Shown here one piece after another: positions 24,671 to 37,249 of a stretch of 63,683 nt of DNA. Both the position numbers and the translations under genes were made by a program. The notes below the pieces were generated by a model. The model was not told the DNA's origin. It ran no database searches and was given only the letters and a program-made list of their open reading frames with translations. The DNA is from Octopus bimaculoides (Eukaryota). The stretch covers positions 58,504,298-58,567,980 of the forward strand of contig NC_068983.1 in the NCBI RefSeq assembly GCF_001194135.2, written 5' to 3'. Every line of letters begins with the position of its first letter. The stretch's first letter is position 1.

Positions 24671-26002
24671 AGTCAGTCATTAAAATAGTGCTTTGTGGCT
24701 TTTGAGGCTTTTTGGCTCTTATTTCTAGCAATACTGGTACTAATTAGTATCCTCTGCTGCACAAATATATCTATAACCACAGCCACTCCAGTCATAGCGA
24801 TCTCAAAATAGCTTGTTTATGAATCATTTAACCAATGCAGTTTTTGTTCATTTACCAGAGATTTTTAGTTTTCATTGGGCACATTTTACTTTGGCACCCA
24901 CACTAGAGGAGTTGCCATTTCTTTGGCAAAACTAAAGAAGCTTATCAACTCAGCATTGACTCCAGTTATTTGTTAACTACTTCATTGAGTGTACTGGGTA
25001 CATTTTCTCATGGTACTAGCTTTAGAGAGACTTTACCATGGTACCAAACAACACTAAAGAGCTCTTCCTATTCAACTTTGATAAGGACAACCTTATCTAA
25101 TGTTGTCCTTTTACTTTTCTTTTTTTGAGACAGAAGGGTCTCATCCAACAGAGTTGACTGCTATTTCTAGCAGATTTAGCAATCATCCTAATAGAGGTAG
25201 CAGTAACAATATATATCTCATTCATGCTTTACTGATGCAGAAATGAATCTAAAATCATTAAGAAATGGGAGAAAATAATGAAAAAAAATAAATAAATAAA
25301 ATAACCAACAAATTGATAGGCCAAAAAGGTAAGTAAAAAATAAATAATGAAAAAAATAAAAATAAAAAATATAAAAAAACTAATGAACCAAACCCCAGCT
25401 TGTTGACATAGGTTTAATCAGTTGAATAATAGATGCTGCATTCATCATTTTATGGAAGTTTATTAACAGAGTTTTCTGACAAGCTCTGTGTGTGATATAC
25501 AGATGTGTTGATTAAATTGGCCCGTGCCAAAAACAGAAATTAAAACCAATCCTGTTTTTCATAAATTTAATCAATCTTCCTGGCTAATCTTAGACTAGTT
25601 TACATTTAAAATGTTTTTGAAAAGAAATGATATATATAAGTAGAAGAGAAGAAAAAAAATCTGTGTGTGTGTGTGTGTGTGTTTAAGGTGCAGGCATGCT
25701 TGTGCGGTTAAGAAGCTTACTTCCCAATCATGTGGTTGTGGGTTTAGTCTCACTATGTGGTACCTTTGGCAGTTGTCTTCTATTATCGCCCCAGACTGGC
25801 CAAGACATAAACAATAATGATAATAATAATAATAATAATAATAGCGCTGTTTATCTTGATATGAGATCACCATGTCGCGCACATATGGTTGTGATGCATG
25901 TGCCTGGTGTACCCTTATCAGACGGGTAGTCATGATGGGTATATTGGGCTTCGTATATTTTACCCCAGTCTCACTTTGATGGCATGCGCTGCTCTCTTAC
26001 TC

Positions 26003-26035
<33 letters not shown>

Positions 26036-26036
<1 letters not shown>

Positions 26037-26480
26037 GAAATTATTGTGTATAGTGCTCAGGTGCACTACAACTCATCAAAGGTGCATGTACGGTACGTAG
26101 AATTATGTACGAAAGTCAGGAAAGTGAACAGTGTATGAGTCATGATATACAGGTGTGTATGTGTATGGAAGTGGGGTGGATATCAGGTGTAGTGTTGGCG
26201 AATCTCAGGAAGCATGGGGGTTTTAAAGGGTGCAATGTCTCAGCAGTTGACAGCTGATGCAGGTAGTTTGTTCCATGCTTCAGCAACTCTGAGTGTGAAA
26301 AAATGTTTCCGAAAGTCATGGGAGCTTTGCTGTTTTCTGACTGTGTAGGCATACCTACATGTGTTAGACACATGGAGCTCAAAGAGGTGCTCAAGGTGGT
26401 TGTTGGCATGGTGGTTAATAATTTTGTGGATGTTCACCAAGTCAGTTGCCAGACGAGGCTTTTGATAGGCCAAACCCTTT
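26036..26480 (-). mobile_element. CR1/L2-type LINE 3' end relic
   Basis: RKQQSSHDFRKHFFTLRVAEAWNKLPASAVNC matches the CR1 C-terminal R..FF..RV...WN.LP motif. A 3' UTR follows, ending in an (ATT)n tail at ~26033-25993. Confidence 0.85.
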
Positions 26481-26616
26481 GCTTTCTGTTTTATATTGTC
26501 ATCCTGTAATGAAGATATAGTTTAGGTGAAGTCATTTATTTGTCTTACCTTCAGTCTAGCTGAAAGTACATATATCATTCCAGTTTCATGGTTGATGAGG
26601 TTAGTTACTGAAACAA

Positions 26617-26652
<36 letters not shown>

Positions 26653-27166
26653 ATCTAAAAAGAGAAAAAGAATTTATATTTATAAATGATTGCAGCAAAA
26701 TCTATATATTTTCTATTGCCTGTTTATGTATGTATGTGCGTGTGTGTGTGTATGTATGCGTGTGTGTGTGTGTATTTATGTATGTATTTATGCATGTACA
26801 TATGTTAGTATGTATATATGTTAGTATGTGTGTATGTGTGTGCATGCGTTTGTATGTGTGTGTCTGTATATATGCATGTGTTAGTTTATAATACAATATT
26901 TGTTCACACTTGTCCCTCCTGAGTCTTTTTTCTCCTTTTGTTTCTACTCATTACATTTCTAGTACAGACACACACACACACACACACACACACAACATAG
27001 TAGATATTAATAATGCTTTTATTTTGGCTGCGTCAGTCCCTTGCTACTCTGAATTTCGCCTGTAAGTACACAATGTCTTAGGACAAGCAATGACTGAAAA
27101 CGTGATGGAATATACACATATTTGTACGGATATGATTTCGGTCATAGAGTATGATTGTGTATACGT

Positions 27167-27757
27167 ACACACTGACTCACACTCAAACCTTAACTTCTCC
27201 TCCGTCTACCCTACCCACACCAAGCCCTACCCTCCCCTACTCCAAAATTCCTCCATCTACACAGNNNNNNNNNNTATTTGTACAGATATGATTTCGGTCA
27301 TAGAGTATGATTGTGTATACATACACACTAACTCACACTCAAACCTTAACTTCTCCTCCGTCTACCCTACCCACACCAAGCCCTACCCTCCCCTACTCCA
27401 AAATTCCTCCATCTACACAGGCTCTGCAGTGACAACCTTGACTTTGAGACTCAGTCTCAAATCATGGCTCACCATTTCATCCTTTGTGGATATCCCCTCA
27501 TCACTATCCACACAGCCCTTGCCAGAGCATGTTCTGTGGACCGTGCCTCTGTTCTCTCTCCCTGCACCCACCCCACCATTGCCCCTCAACTACCGCCCCT
27601 CCAAAGCATCATTCTCCCAGCTTTCTGGTGACCCCAGTCCAACCCCACCACCTTTCACATCTTCCCCAACCTACCCCGTCCCTCCTTCAAATGAGCCCAC
27701 AATCTGCATGACCTCCTGGTCCACAGTTTCTTTCCAGAATCCTACCTCCCAGCCTGG
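27167..27757 (+). mobile_element. Penelope-like retroelement relic: RT C-terminal/thumb region
   Basis: Frameshifted translation TDSHSNLNFSSVYPTHTK / YSKFLHLHRLCSDNLDFETQSQIMAHHFILCGYP...LQSIIL..F..PQSNPTTFHIFP..P.PSFK*AHNLHDLLVHS matches the PLE pattern KPTDSH.YL...S.HP, YSQFLRLRRLCS, RGYP and R..NL.D.LV.S. The first ~146 bp are duplicated across a 10-N gap. Confidence 0.85.
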
Positions 27758-28346
27758 CTTGAATAGAGGTTTGAGGAAAGAAGAATGTACAATAGGGTGA
27801 GACTTAAAAGTGATGTATGTTATATGTGAGTCACTTGAATCATTATAAGAGATTGCTATTTGAAAATGTTGAAATGATACAGTTGAGTTAAACATCATGT
27901 AAATAGAGAGACAAAACTGAAAAATGTGAATATGGATAATAGTTTTGTAGCAACGTACTATTACCTATACAGATTGGTAGTCAAAAGGATGTAATTCATT
28001 TAGAATAATAATCTGAAGAGAATGGTTTTGAAAAAATATAATATTATTGAGTGTGCTTGGAAGAAAGAGTTTAAAATCACAATAAGATTGAAGATAAGAT
28101 GAAAAATGGAAAGGGAGATGAAATGAAATAGATATAATGAGATTTTTTTAATGTTTTATATACAGGCATGTATATATATATAGATAAATATATATGTATG
28201 TATGTATGCATGTATGTATATATATATGCATATATATATGTATGTATGTGTGTGTTTGTGCGTGTGTATATGTGTATATATATGTATATGTATATATATG
28301 AATATATATACATATCTCTCCGTCTATCTATCTATCTATCTATCTA

Positions 28347-28411
<65 letters not shown>

Positions 28412-29408
28412 CCACATATATATACATATATATTTATATTAAACCCACATATATATACATATATATTTATATATATACACACACACACATACACACATAC
28501 ATGCAGACATACACATATGCACACAGAAAATAATGGTAGTTTAGAAATTTGCTAATAAAGAAAGGTTGTTCACAATCCGTTTAATTTGAATGGTGTTTGT
28601 CAAGTTGTAGTGTTAAAGTTAACAAGGAGGTTATGTGGTGATGTAAACTGCAACAGAGATGAAGATAATAAAATTGTGGTGATTACATAAAGTTAAAGTG
28701 AATTAGCTTACTTCATGTGGAGCAATGTTAAATTCTTGTATATTAGTAAATTGTGTATATGTGTACCGTGATGAAACAACATATGCTGTAGAAATGAGAT
28801 TTGGTATGAGTGTAAATAAGATGTTACAAAATATTTAGTCTGAGAAGAAAACTATGGAACTAAAGAATGAAATAATAGTTTCAAATTTTTGCTCAAGGCC
28901 AGCAATTTTAGGGGAGGAGTTAAATCGATTACATCAATTCCAGTGCCTTACTAGTATTTATTTTATCAACCCCGAAAGGATGAAATACGAAGTTGACTGC
29001 TGTTTATATTAATTATATATGTATATACACATATACTCCTTTTTGTTACTATTGTAACCATCATACCCCTACTTTCTCAAAAAAACCTTCTTCCTTGGTT
29101 TTTAAATTTTATATTCCTTTTGGAGTTGAATCTCAAAATCCTTTCTTAGTCATTCTCTATATTTCTGTTAGCAGTATGGTTTGGGCAGCTGTGTAAATGG
29201 CAGCTGTGTATATCACTGTCACCTAATGCTAACACCAATCCCAGTAACTTACTGTTTCCTAGGCCAAGTGATAAATGTCTAAGATATCTACCAACTTTCA
29301 TACTTGTGAGTTTTCTTTTATTTGCATTTTCCTTTTTGGTCCTACGTCATCTAATACGTACTTCACTTAGTTCTTACATAGCAACTGGCTCCGAATGCAC
29401 ATCTGTGC

Positions 29409-29440
<32 letters not shown>

Positions 29441-29951
29441 GTGAGGTATATGTGTGAGTGCGTCTTGAAGTTTCACCCACCAGAGTAGGGCAAGAAGTTT
29501 TATGATACTGGAAAGAATTCCTGCCAAATAAAAGGAAAAAGAAACAGAGACATTCTTGGCTATGTAATTGATAATACTGCCAGAACAGGATTGTAAGGTC
29601 AAAGTTGTTACAATCATGTATGACTGAATGAATGAATGAATGAATATATGCATATATGTATGTATGTATGTATACATGCATATGTATGTATGTATTGTTA
29701 CTATTTAGTTTTATTTCTAGATTTCTTGCCAATGGAAAAAGAACTGGTTTCTAACCTAGATCGAAGTCTCTTTCACTAGAGTTTCAACATCAACCGTGTT
29801 GTTGTGTACGTATGTGCATATATGTGCAAGGATTTGGAATCAGTGCATGTGAAGATTTGTATGTTTGCTTTTAGCTATGTATACACATACATATAGTTTC
29901 ATGCCGAAATACATTCATACGTATTTGTACATTTCCAATATAACAGATATA

Positions 29952-30182
29952 TAATTGTTAAAGAGGACAACATATGTTAAAACAGGGCAAACATCTCAAG
30001 TCAGATACATTATTATTATTGGAAAAAAAAATTGCAGTCTGACAGCTGTTACTAGGATATCCCAGAGTATGGGATATCCCAGAAACAGCCGTAAGACGTT
30101 GAATTTTTTTTCCAATAATAATAATGTATATGACTTGAGATGTTTGCCTTGCCTTAATGTTTGTTGTCCTCTTTAACAATTA
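29952..30182. mobile_element. 231-bp fold-back palindrome (MITE-like), TA at both ends
   Basis: Arms 29952-30063 and 30071-30182 are reverse complements without net indel (about 16 mismatches in 112 nt by manual alignment), with a 7-nt loop AGAGTAT. The outermost TA dinucleotides could be a TA target-site duplication. Confidence 0.8.
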
Positions 30183-31342
30183 CTAGCAGTATAACCCGGC
30201 GCTGCTCGGGATTAAGCTAGGATTATTAAATGATTAAGTCCTTTGTTTCAAACCAAAATAAGTAACATCGATATCAGATTTGAGCGAAATCCGTTGAAAT
30301 TGGTTTGGCTGAAAATGGTTTGCTGGCAATTTGATTGGGAAATCCCATAAGGAATCAGTTTATTGATTATTTTCACTTATTGACTCTTTTTTTTAAATGT
30401 TGCATTAGNNNNNNNNNNNNNNNNNNNNNNNNNNNNNNNNNNNNNNNNNNNNNNNNNNNNNNNNNNNNNNNNNNNNNNNNNNNNNNNNNNNNNNNNNNNN
30501 NNNNNNNNNNNNNNNNNNNNNNNNNNNNNNNNNNNNNNNNNNNNNNNNNNNNNNNNNNNNNNNNNNNNNNNNNNNNNNNNNNNNNNNNNNNNNNNNNNNN
30601 NNNNNNNNNNNNNNNNNNNNNNNNNNNNNNNNNNNNNNNNNNNNNNNNNNNNNNNNNNNNNNNNNNNNNNNNNNNNNNNNNNNNNNNNNNNNNNNNNNNN
30701 NNNNNNNNNNNNNNNNNNNNNNNNNNNNNNNNNNNNNNNNNNNNNNNNNNNNNNNNNNNNNNNNNNNNNNNNNNNNNNNNNNNNNNNNNNNNNNNNNNNN
30801 NNNNNNNNNNNNNNNNNNNNNNNNNNNNNNNNNNNNNNNNNNNNNNNNNNNNNNNNNNNNNNNNNNNNNNNNNNNNNNNNNNNNNNNNNNNNNNNNNNNN
30901 NNNNNNNNNNNNNNNNNNNNNNNNNNNNNNNNNNNNNNNNNNNNNNNNNNNNNNNNNNNNNNNNNNNNNNNNNNNNNNNNNNNNNNNNNNNNNNNNNNNN
31001 NNNNNNNNNNNNNNNNNNNNNNNNNNTCTCTCTCTTTCTTTCTTTCTCTCTCTCTTTCTTTCTCCCTCTCTTTCTTTCTTTCTCTCTCTCTTGCTCTCTC
31101 TCTTCTTCACGCGCGTACGCACAAATTTGACTTCGCCATGTCAACAAACTTCAAAATTGGTAAAAGTTTATCGATTTTTACAGCTATACGCGGGTGCCTC
31201 TGTGAGAAAAAGTTGACAAAAACACAAATAGGGTCATGAACAATGTCCTCCTAAAATTGGAGCGACATGCGTGCTAATTTGTGGACGTGCCTAACCCACA
31301 TTACGTACACACACACACAACCATCTTGTGTTTTATAGATAT

Positions 31343-31345
<3 letters not shown>
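30181..31345 (+). mobile_element. Non-autonomous Helitron/Helentron-like (HINE/Lep1-type) element, partly in a gap
   Basis: It starts TACTAGCAGTATAACCCGGCGCTGCTCGGG (ACTAG plus a subterminal CCCG...CGGG hairpin), has an internal (TC)n tract, and ends ...CACACACAACCATCTTGTGTTTTATAGATATTGAT into (TA)n. This architecture resembles known non-autonomous rolling-circle elements. The middle (30409-31027) is N. Confidence 0.55.
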
Positions 31346-31403
<58 letters not shown>

Positions 31404-31983
31404 CTTATTTATTTATTTATACATATATATACATACACACATATATATATATAGAAGTTCAAATAAAAGTAACAAACCTCATTAAGGGATAGCAAAATCC
31501 TGTGAAAGTACTGGTTAGTTACCTATACGAAGAATGTTGAACATTACAGTTAATATTCAACTGTAAGGTAATATATACATATACATACAATCATACATAC
31601 ATACATACACACACAACACACACATACACACACACATATGTATGTATATATATGCATATACATACATATATATAGACACACACACATATCTGGTGAGAGA
31701 GGATGGGCATAGGTGGAACACCGCTGATAACAGTTTCCTGATTCAGGATCACTGTCAGAACTGAAAAGAGTTAACGCAAAAAAGCACAACTATAACTACT
31801 GCTACTACAACGACTACCACCACCACTAACACCATTACTACCACTAATACAACTACCACAGCCGCCACGACCAGCACCATCAACAGCAATGCATATTACC
31901 AACACCTCTACAAGTACCACCACAACCACCACCACTATTACCATTACTGCTGCTGATGTTGCTGTTGCTGGTGGTGGTGGTGG

Positions 31984-32017
<34 letters not shown>

Positions 32018-33445
32018 GCTGCAGCTGCTGCTGCTGCTGTCTGAAGAATCTTGTAGAATGAAAGCAAAATAGCTACTTGTAGATAGATAATGGCACTTTG
32101 AAAGCAGAAATTCTCATTAGAAGAATGAGGCGGAGGAGGAGTGGGGGCCGGATGAGGAGGACATGATCAAAGAAGTTGAAACTTATTGAATATTTTACAA
32201 GTTTAAATATTCTTGCTATTTGATATTGTAAAGGAATCAAAGATATTCATGGAAGAAATGGGAGAGAGAGAGAGAAGGAAAGAGAGAGGGAGAGTGAAAG
32301 AGAGTGAGAGAGAGAGAGTGAGAGAAAGTGAAAGAGAGTGAGAGTGAGAGAGAGAGAGAGTGAAAGGTGGAGGAGAGGAGAGAGGGGAGAGGGAGGAGAG
32401 AGGGGAGAGGGAGGAGAAATAGAGGGATGTTCATAAGAGAATTGGAAAAGGCTGAGACATTGAGAGAGAGAGAGAGAGGTAAAGAGAAAGAGGAAAAGGG
32501 AGAGAAAGACAAAGAAGGAGAGAGAGTCTCATAAGAGAATTAGAAAAGGCTCTCACACACACACACACATATATATACAGAGAGAAGGAGAAAGAGTGGA
32601 GAGAGAGAGGGAGTGAAAGAAAGAGAAGAGAAAGTTTCATAAGGCAATTGGAAAAGGCTAAGACATATAGAAGGAAACAGAGAGAGAGAGAGACTGAAGG
32701 AAAGAAAGAAAGACTAGAAGAAAAACAGAAAACAAGAAAGAAAGAGAGGAAAAGGAGGAAAACAAACAGAATGAGAAAAAGCGCAATAGGGAGAGAGAGT
32801 GAGAGAGAGAAGGAATGACAGAGGGAGTTAAGGTGAGAGAGAAGAAGAGAAAGAAAGATAGAGACAGAGAGAGTTGAGGTGAGAGAGAAATTACCCTTAA
32901 AATAAATAAATTAACAAACAAACAAAAATGAATATTTATTTTCCAGAAGATTCTAATTAATGCCATTTCCAATATCACCAAAGAATCTTTTCAGCTTTAG
33001 TTTGTAACAAATTAAAAATTCAGCCTTTATCCTTTCTTAATCTTGTTGCTTGGGCTTTTTTGTTTTTGTTTTATTGTAATTGTTTTTATAAGTTCTTGTG
33101 ATATTTTCTTTGTTTATTCTTTTTTTTTTAAATGTATGTTTGAAGAAAAAAAAAATTGTTTTGTTTTTGTTTAAAATATTTTTTTCCCTTGGATTTTTTT
33201 TTCATTGTTTTTTTTTTTAGTTTTCTTTTTAATCTTTATTTGTTTGTAAGTTAATAAGATAAGTTTGTCTTTTGACTTTTAGAAGTTTCAAAAGCTATGT
33301 ATATGTATGTATGTAGGTATGTATGTATGTATGTATGTATGCATGTATGTATGTATGCATGGATGGATGTATGGATGGATGGATGTATGCATGTATATAT
33401 CCATGCATGCATGATTTTATGTATGTATGTGTGTATGTATGCATG

Positions 33446-33508
<63 letters not shown>

Positions 33509-33636
33509 ACATATATATATACACACATAATGTGCATATATATATCCATACATTCATGAACTAATGTACTTATATGTGCATGCTAGCATAAATACATATG
33601 TGTGTAAATATATTTATAAACATATGTGTATGTATA

Positions 33637-33682
<46 letters not shown>

Positions 33683-34929
33683 TATATACACATATATAGA
33701 TATACATATAACTGAATATATGTATCTCTATATAAAATATTACAAATTTGTATCAAGTATTTTATATTTGTAAAACATTTTTTCATCAAACCTGATATGA
33801 TGTAAATCTCTGTGTGTTATTCTGTGTACACTTTTGTGTGTGTGTGTGAGTGAGAGAGAGAGAGAGAGAAAGAGAAAGAATGTGTGTGTGTGAGAGAGTA
33901 TGTAAGAGAGAGAGAGAAAGTGTGTGTGAGAGAGAATAAAAGTGTAAAAGTGCATGTGTGTGTGTGTGAGAGAGAGAGAAAGAAAGTGTGAGTGTGTGAG
34001 AGAGAGAAGAAAAGTGTGTGTGTGTATGTGTGTGCATCTGTACTTAAATATCTAAACAACTGAGTCAATGAGGCAGAATGCATGTTTATTAAACGTGCAC
34101 ATGACCTTATTTACAATATATATATATATATATATGCCTGTATATTTGATGGTGATAGTGGTGGAGTGCATGTGTGTATATGTGTTGGTGTCTATTTTAA
34201 TCTTATAATTATACAAAGGTAGACATACAAATAATATTAACATATATAAATATTAATACTAAACTAACAGCCATTTTTTTATTAATATTAATATTCATAT
34301 TCTCTGGTTTATATGAATATTAGTATTTATACTGTGCAGTGTATTTTGCTCACATATCCTTTCATATGCATCAGATCACATTTTTAAAGTATACTTTAGA
34401 GTATTGAGCACTCAGGGTCTATATATATATATATATGTATGTATGTATATATATATATATATATATNNNNNNNNNNNNNNNNNNNNNNNNNNNNNNNNNN
34501 NNNNNNNNNNNNNNNNNNNNNNNNNNNNNNNNNNNNNNNNNNNNNNNNNNNNNNNNNNNNNNNNNNNNNNNNNNNNNNNNNNNNNNNNNNNNNNNNNNNN
34601 NNNNNNNNNNNNNNNNNNNNNNNNNNNNNNNNNNNNNNNNNNNNNNNNNNNNNNNNNNNNNNNNNNNNNNNNNNNNNNNNNNNNNNNNNNNNNNNNNNNN
34701 NNNNNNNNNNNNNNNNNNNNNNNNNNNNNNNNNNNNNNNNNNNNNNNNNNNNNNNNNNNNNNNNNNNNNNNNNNNNNNNNNNNNNNNNNNNNNNNNNNNN
34801 NNNNNNNNNNNNNNNNNNNNNNNNNNNNNNNNNNNNNNNNNNNNNNNNNNNNNNNNNNNNNNNNNNNNNNNNNNNNATATATATATATATATATATAGTG
34901 AGTTCAAACAAGAAAAACGATAAAAGAAA

Positions 34930-35100
34930 CAACAAAAAACAACAACGCAAGGACGTGATACAGATATTGTGTTACTGGACGCTCAGGAAAGGAAAGAAAG
35001 AAAATTTGACGTTTCGAGCGAAGCTCTTCATCAGAAATATAGGAAAGTCCAAAGAAGGGAAGACGGAGGGAAAAAATCGCCAACGATATACACGAGGTTA
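34930..35100 (-). mobile_element. Solo dispersed repeat (probable PLE pseudo-LTR derivative) with hammerhead-like core
   Basis: Minus strand CUGAUGA-A-GAGC-uuc-GCUC-GAAACGUCA...UGAGCGUC. The core boxes are at 35028-35034 and 35011-35015 and the GUC is at 34978-34980. It is related to the copies at ~2500, ~45700 and ~62940. Confidence 0.6.
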
Positions 35101-35479
35101 TATATATACATCTAATTGTTAATATAGTCACTATTCTTCTCTATGACCGCTTTCAATCTGTCAACGATTTTTTTAATGCCATGTTAATCAAATTGCTTAG
35201 GTTTGGAAGTGAAAAAGGAAAGTAACTCATTTTCAACTTCTCTTGAAGTAAGTCTTAATCCACTCAAATGATCATGTAAACCTCTAAAGAGATGGTAATC
35301 TGTAGGCGTGAGATCCAGCATTTGTTGAGTTAAATGTAGATACATATGGCAAAACATTTTTCTGAGTTTTACTTTTTGCATTTTGGGATCATAAAAATCA
35401 ATACATTTTTGCCCTTTCTTTTCTATTTACAATAAGCTTCAGAGGAAACACCCTTTGAATTTGTTTTTCAAGGGACATA

Positions 35480-35688
35480 AAAAGCACCAACACTGGTTAT
35501 CAAGACTGACAGACAGACAGACAGACAGACAGACACACACACACACGCACACACATACACACACACACTTCAGTTTCTATCTACTAAATCCACTCATAAG
35601 GCTTTGGTCGGCCTGAGGCTATTGTAGAAGACACTTGCCAAAGGTGCTACACAGTGTTGGGAGCAAGCTTCTTACCACACAGCCATCC
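35480..35688 (-). mobile_element. SINE family A, decayed
   Basis: cagtttctatctactaaatccactcataaggctttggtcggcctgaggcta..gcttcttaccacacagcca. Confidence 0.75.
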
Positions 35689-35689
35689 T

Positions 35690-35905
35690 CATTGTGCAAA
35701 TCTTTTTGCTAAACTGAACATAATGGCAGGATGTGGAAAGAAGGTAATGTCTTGAATCTGTGGATTTGTCACGGATATCCGTTTCTAGTCTTCCACATTT
35801 ACTCATGATTAAATTGTCTAGAACTAGTGGTTCTTTCTGATTAAATTCCATTGTGAATTGAATATTGCTGTTAATATCATTTATTAGATTCTTAAATTTC
35901 ATAAG
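35690..35905 (-). mobile_element. Penelope-like retroelement relic: RT motif fragment
   Basis: ORF-track peptide NLINDINSNIQFTMEFNQKEPLVLDNLIMSKCGRLETDIRDKSTDSRHYLLSTSCH matches the PLE RT pattern N.I..NIQFTME...LPFLD......L.TDIY.K.TDS..YL...S.H. Confidence 0.8.
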
Positions 35906-35929
35906 TTTATTTTCATAGGTTCATAGGAA

Positions 35930-36185
35930 TCTTGGAGTCCATAAGACTTAGTGATCAATTTAAGATTTTGTTGTTAAATTTTATGTGCAATAAATTGGTT
36001 ATACTTTTACAATACACAAAATATTTTAACAATTTTAAAAACAATTCCTAATAATATTTAAGTATAAAAAAATATTATATAAATAATTGGATGTTTTTTA
36101 AACACCAAATAGCTATGGGTAACCAGTAGAGTAAAATAGGAATTAAGGGTAATCCATGGGCAAAAATTGGTTGTGAAACATTGAT
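35930..36185. mobile_element. Decayed copy of the hAT-type MITE
   Basis: The interior (aattttatgtg..caatac.caaaatattttaa..aattcctaataatattta..gctatgg..agtaaaatagga..ccat.ggcaaaaa..ggttg) is homologous to 16767-17013. Confidence 0.6.
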
Positions 36186-36370
36186 TTAGATCTTGTTGCC
36201 ATAAAATTAAATGAAATCATTAAGGTATCTTTTCCAGCTTTCTTTTAAATAGGTGTAGAATGTGTCTCCAAATATTTGAGTAGGTTCTTTGTGGATTTTG
36301 TTCTTCTCAAGTTAAGGCCATTATCATCAAGTTGGTATATCTAGGGACAACTTTGGTTATTGAGAAAGAG

Positions 36371-36460
36371 GAAGAAGAAGAAGAAGAAGAAGAAGAAGAA
36401 GAAGAAGAAGAAGAAGAAGAAGAAGAAGAAGAAGAAGAAGAAGAAGAAGAAGAAGAAGAA
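36371..36460. repeat. Pure (GAA)30 tract
   Basis: 90 uninterrupted bases of GAA; a mirror-repeat purine tract with triplex potential. Confidence 0.95.
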
Positions 36461-37208
36461 GAGATATGGTGGATGGTGATATGAAAGAGAGAAGAAAAAA
36501 TGGCACTTAATTCAACACTTAATTCAAATGTATCTTTAAAACTTTTTCTTTATTTTTTTATCATTTCATTCTTTTGCCTTCTTTTTTCTTAAAATGTCTT
36601 TTAAAAATGAAAAGCAAATGCAAGAAACAAAAAAGAAATAAATATTTTTAAAAAATGAAAACAAATACAAACATTTAACAACACAATTAAAGTAAAAAAA
36701 ACTAAAGGAGAAAGTAAGAAAGAAAAGACAAAGAAAAGAAAGGAAAGAGAGAAAGAAAAGAAGAAAGAAAACAGAAAAATGAAAAAAGATGAAAGATAGA
36801 AAGAAAGAAAAAAGAAAGAAAGAAAGGACAATGCAAGGAAAGAAGAAAAAAGAAAGAAAGGAAGGAAGAAAACAGAAAGAAAGAAAAAAGAAAAAAATGC
36901 AAAATAAAAGAAAGAAAAAAAGAAAAAATGCAAAATAAAAGAAAGGAAAAAAAGAAATTGAAAACAGAAAAGGAAATATAAGAAATTAAGAAAAAAGAAA
37001 GAAAGCATAAGAAAAGCATGAAGAAAAACAAAAGGAAAATAAAAATTTAAAATAAAATTTAAAAACAGAGAAAAAAGTAGAACTAAAGGAACTTTGAAAT
37101 TGTAACATATTACGGTCATACATTTTTCATGTATTATTATTATTATTGTTATTATTATNNNNNNNNNNCATATTACGGTCATACATTTTTCATGTATTAT
37201 TATTATTA

Positions 37209-37249
<41 letters not shown>

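Noticed and set aside
27119-27420. 146-bp direct duplication around a 10-N gap
   Set aside because: The two copies differ by 3 substitutions and abut a placeholder gap. This is typical of unmerged overlapping (allelic) contig ends, not a true tandem duplication.
32431-32659. CRISPR-like repeat-spacer appearance
   Set aside because: Only three imperfect repeats, microsatellite spacers, no cas genes and a eukaryotic context. It is kept only as a minisatellite-type observation.
37107-37220. ~52-bp direct duplication around a 10-N gap
   Set aside because: Same contig-overlap artefact.
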